Source: Camelus dromedarius
Lineage: Eukaryota
Assembly: GCF_036321535.1 (NCBI RefSeq)
Contig: NC_087436.1
Coordinates: 86,864,001 to 86,928,000, forward strand
Reading direction: 5' to 3'
DNA length: 64,000 nucleotides
The translations under genes were made by a program, and so were the position numbers. Positions 62,132 through 64,000 of the stretch are shown here, in pieces; position 1 is the stretch's first letter, and every line of letters begins with the position of its first letter. The notes below the pieces were generated by a model. The model ran no database searches, had not been told where the DNA came from, and saw nothing but the letters and a program-made list of their open reading frames with translations.

Positions 62132-63209
62132 TGCCTTGTCCATCTTTAAAATGGGAGTATAATAATACCTATCTCATTGGATTGCTGTATATAGCCCTTA
62201 GCAGTACTCAGCTACTGTTGTTTGTTTTCTCTTCTGTTACCTTAAGCTCTTTGAGGGCAGCAACCATGTATTATTCACCTTTGCATTGCTGGCTCCCTTT
62301 TTAAAATCGTGCTGCTGGATGAAGGAAGAGGTAAAGACTGGGTGGTGACATTTTCATGATGCTCTTCACTTTTCTCTATTCCTAGACTTGGTTCAAACGG
62401 CAGAGACAACTCACCCTTTGGGCTCTAGAACTGATTCTGAGATTGTTATGTGATGAGGGAAATATTTGATAATGATTGCTATTTTCTATAAAATCTTGCT
62501 TTATAAAACTCTGCTGTATGTCAGGACACTTTTTCTTCTATTCCTGATAAACCAAATGCCATAAACAATATGTCATCTTCCTGGAAGTAGATCTAGATAT
62601 TCTTCTCCAAAGCCACTTTACTCGTCTAGGAATTGACGCTCTCAGTTTTCTTTCATTCATACATATTTGGAACTGAAACATTTTAACTTTATAAGGAAAG
62701 TACATTTAACCTATGCATAGTTGAGATGAACTTACTTTGTTCTTACACTTCCTTCCTCTGAAGGAAACCTTACAGATTCGGTTATACTCACCTGACCCTC
62801 AACTTTCACTGGTCCAACTATGTGAAGGTGGGTTATCAGACACCAGTGGGTTTCCCTGTATGAGAAGAGCATCAATAGAGTTGGTCTTTCTCTTTCTTAA
62901 GTACTTGGTTCCATGCTCCTAGCATACCAATCAGCACTAATAGGGATTAATATTTGTTGTACACCATAATGTCTAGACATGGCATCAAAACCATCTTGTG
63001 GGATGACTTAGCTCACTGAACTCATAGTCTGAAGGATGCAGGAAGATTCTGGCCTTCTAGTAGGACAAAGCCCTACCCCAGCAAAACTCTATTCCAACCG
63101 CCTCGTCACTGGGGCACACAGAGCCCTTGTTCCCTGGCTCCCCAGGATGAGAGTTCTTCGACTGCTGGTACCACAGACGGGCCTGTGAAGATCCATTTGG
63201 ATTCTTCCC

Positions 63210-63400
63210 TAAAGTGGTTTCCAGGCACTATTCCACACACCAGCTAAATCAGAATCACCGGAGAGAGTTGTTCTATGTACAGCTGTGCGAGCCCTGCTTC
63301 AGACCTGCTCTATCGGAAAGCTGAGGGGTCAGGTCTGGGGGTCCGTAGGGAACTGGAGCAGTATGTTCTTTCAGGCATGGGAGGGGGCTTTCCCTTGAGA
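63210..63400. mobile_element. Degenerate MER5-like hAT MITE
   Basis: agtggtttcca...atcagaatcaccggagagagttgtt...ccctgcttcagacctgctctatcggaa. Confidence 0.45.
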
Positions 63401-64000
63401 CATCACCCCACTCGAGGTATCTGGGACCTCACTCTCTCTTCTGGGGCACTTAAACAAGGTCCCAGGTTATGGAGTGGGGTGGGAGTTGTCCACTCAGAGG
63501 TGATCAGTTGGCAGAGTCCCAGGTATCAACGAGCATCATTTCTTACATGCACTTGACTGGTGACTGGCTGGCCATGTCTGCCACTGCCCCTTACACAGCT
63601 ATTAAGTGAAGGTGCTAGAATTGAAACATAGGCCCATCTAGGGCCAAGGCCAGAGTTCTTCCTCTCTGCGCCATGTTGCCTACTAATCCCAGACTGAGCG
63701 GCCCCAGCCGCTCCTTCCCACCTATTTACTCTGTTTGTTCCTCATTGTTTATTGTGACACGGCTGTAACATTTGTTGGCTGAAGTTCTTGCCAGGACAGT
63801 GTTTGTGCTGGGACTCTTCCTTCCCTTTCGTGGTGAGTAAGCTGGAGCTTGTCAGCACGTGAGGGTTCAGAAGTCAGGGTACAGGATTTTTTTCTTTTTA
63901 GATTTTTGTTTTTAATTTGGCACCAAAGTAAGTGAGTCTTGTGAAATTATTCCTTAGGTGATCCCATTAGGTCCAAACCTGGTTTAAAGGGGTACTAGGA

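Larger units (their letters stand above)
45666..64000 (+). other. SCFD2: Intron of SCFD2 downstream of the exon (5' part)
   Basis: Starts gtgagt; the next SCFD2 exon (expected to encode something like DWDSSINL...) is not seen in the window. Confidence 0.85.

Noticed and set aside
1..64000. A novel multi-gene system, operon, CRISPR array or defence island
   Set aside because: The window is a mammalian intron. There are no dense ORFs, no regularly spaced repeat-spacer array and no prokaryotic features. The short ORFs are chance or transposon-derived.

Overview
This window is mammalian genomic DNA, almost certainly from a camelid: it carries several tRNA-Ala-derived vic-1-type SINEs and artiodactyl-type L1 3' ends. 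It lies inside the very large introns of SCFD2 (Sec1 family domain-containing 2, + strand). The only supportable coding sequence is one 250-nt internal exon at 45416-45665 (SIGESTMSVVLNQLLPMIKP...SPLLQKIT), probably the orthologue of human exon 5. Nearly all other ORFs in the track are chance ORFs or transposon remnants. The rest is layered repeats (L1 of several ages, L2, MIR, MaLR/ERVL/ERV1 solo LTRs, hAT-Charlie elements, camelid SINEs, microsatellites) and unique intronic DNA. I could not support any new multi-gene system, RNA gene or CRISPR array. The most notable observations are: a TSD-bounded old L1 whose interior was replaced by foreign inverted L1 material (25.9-29.3 kb); a probable L1 3' transduction (1.87-2.03 kb); a dimeric camelid SINE inside one TSD pair; a CpG-retaining unique island with an exon-like antisense frame (4.8-5.3 kb); candidate poison exons and an intronic-polyadenylation isoform of SCFD2; and several candidate regulatory motif clusters. 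Repeat subfamily names are recalled from consensus sequences and need RepeatMasker/Dfam confirmation. Repeat boundaries without TSDs are approximate.
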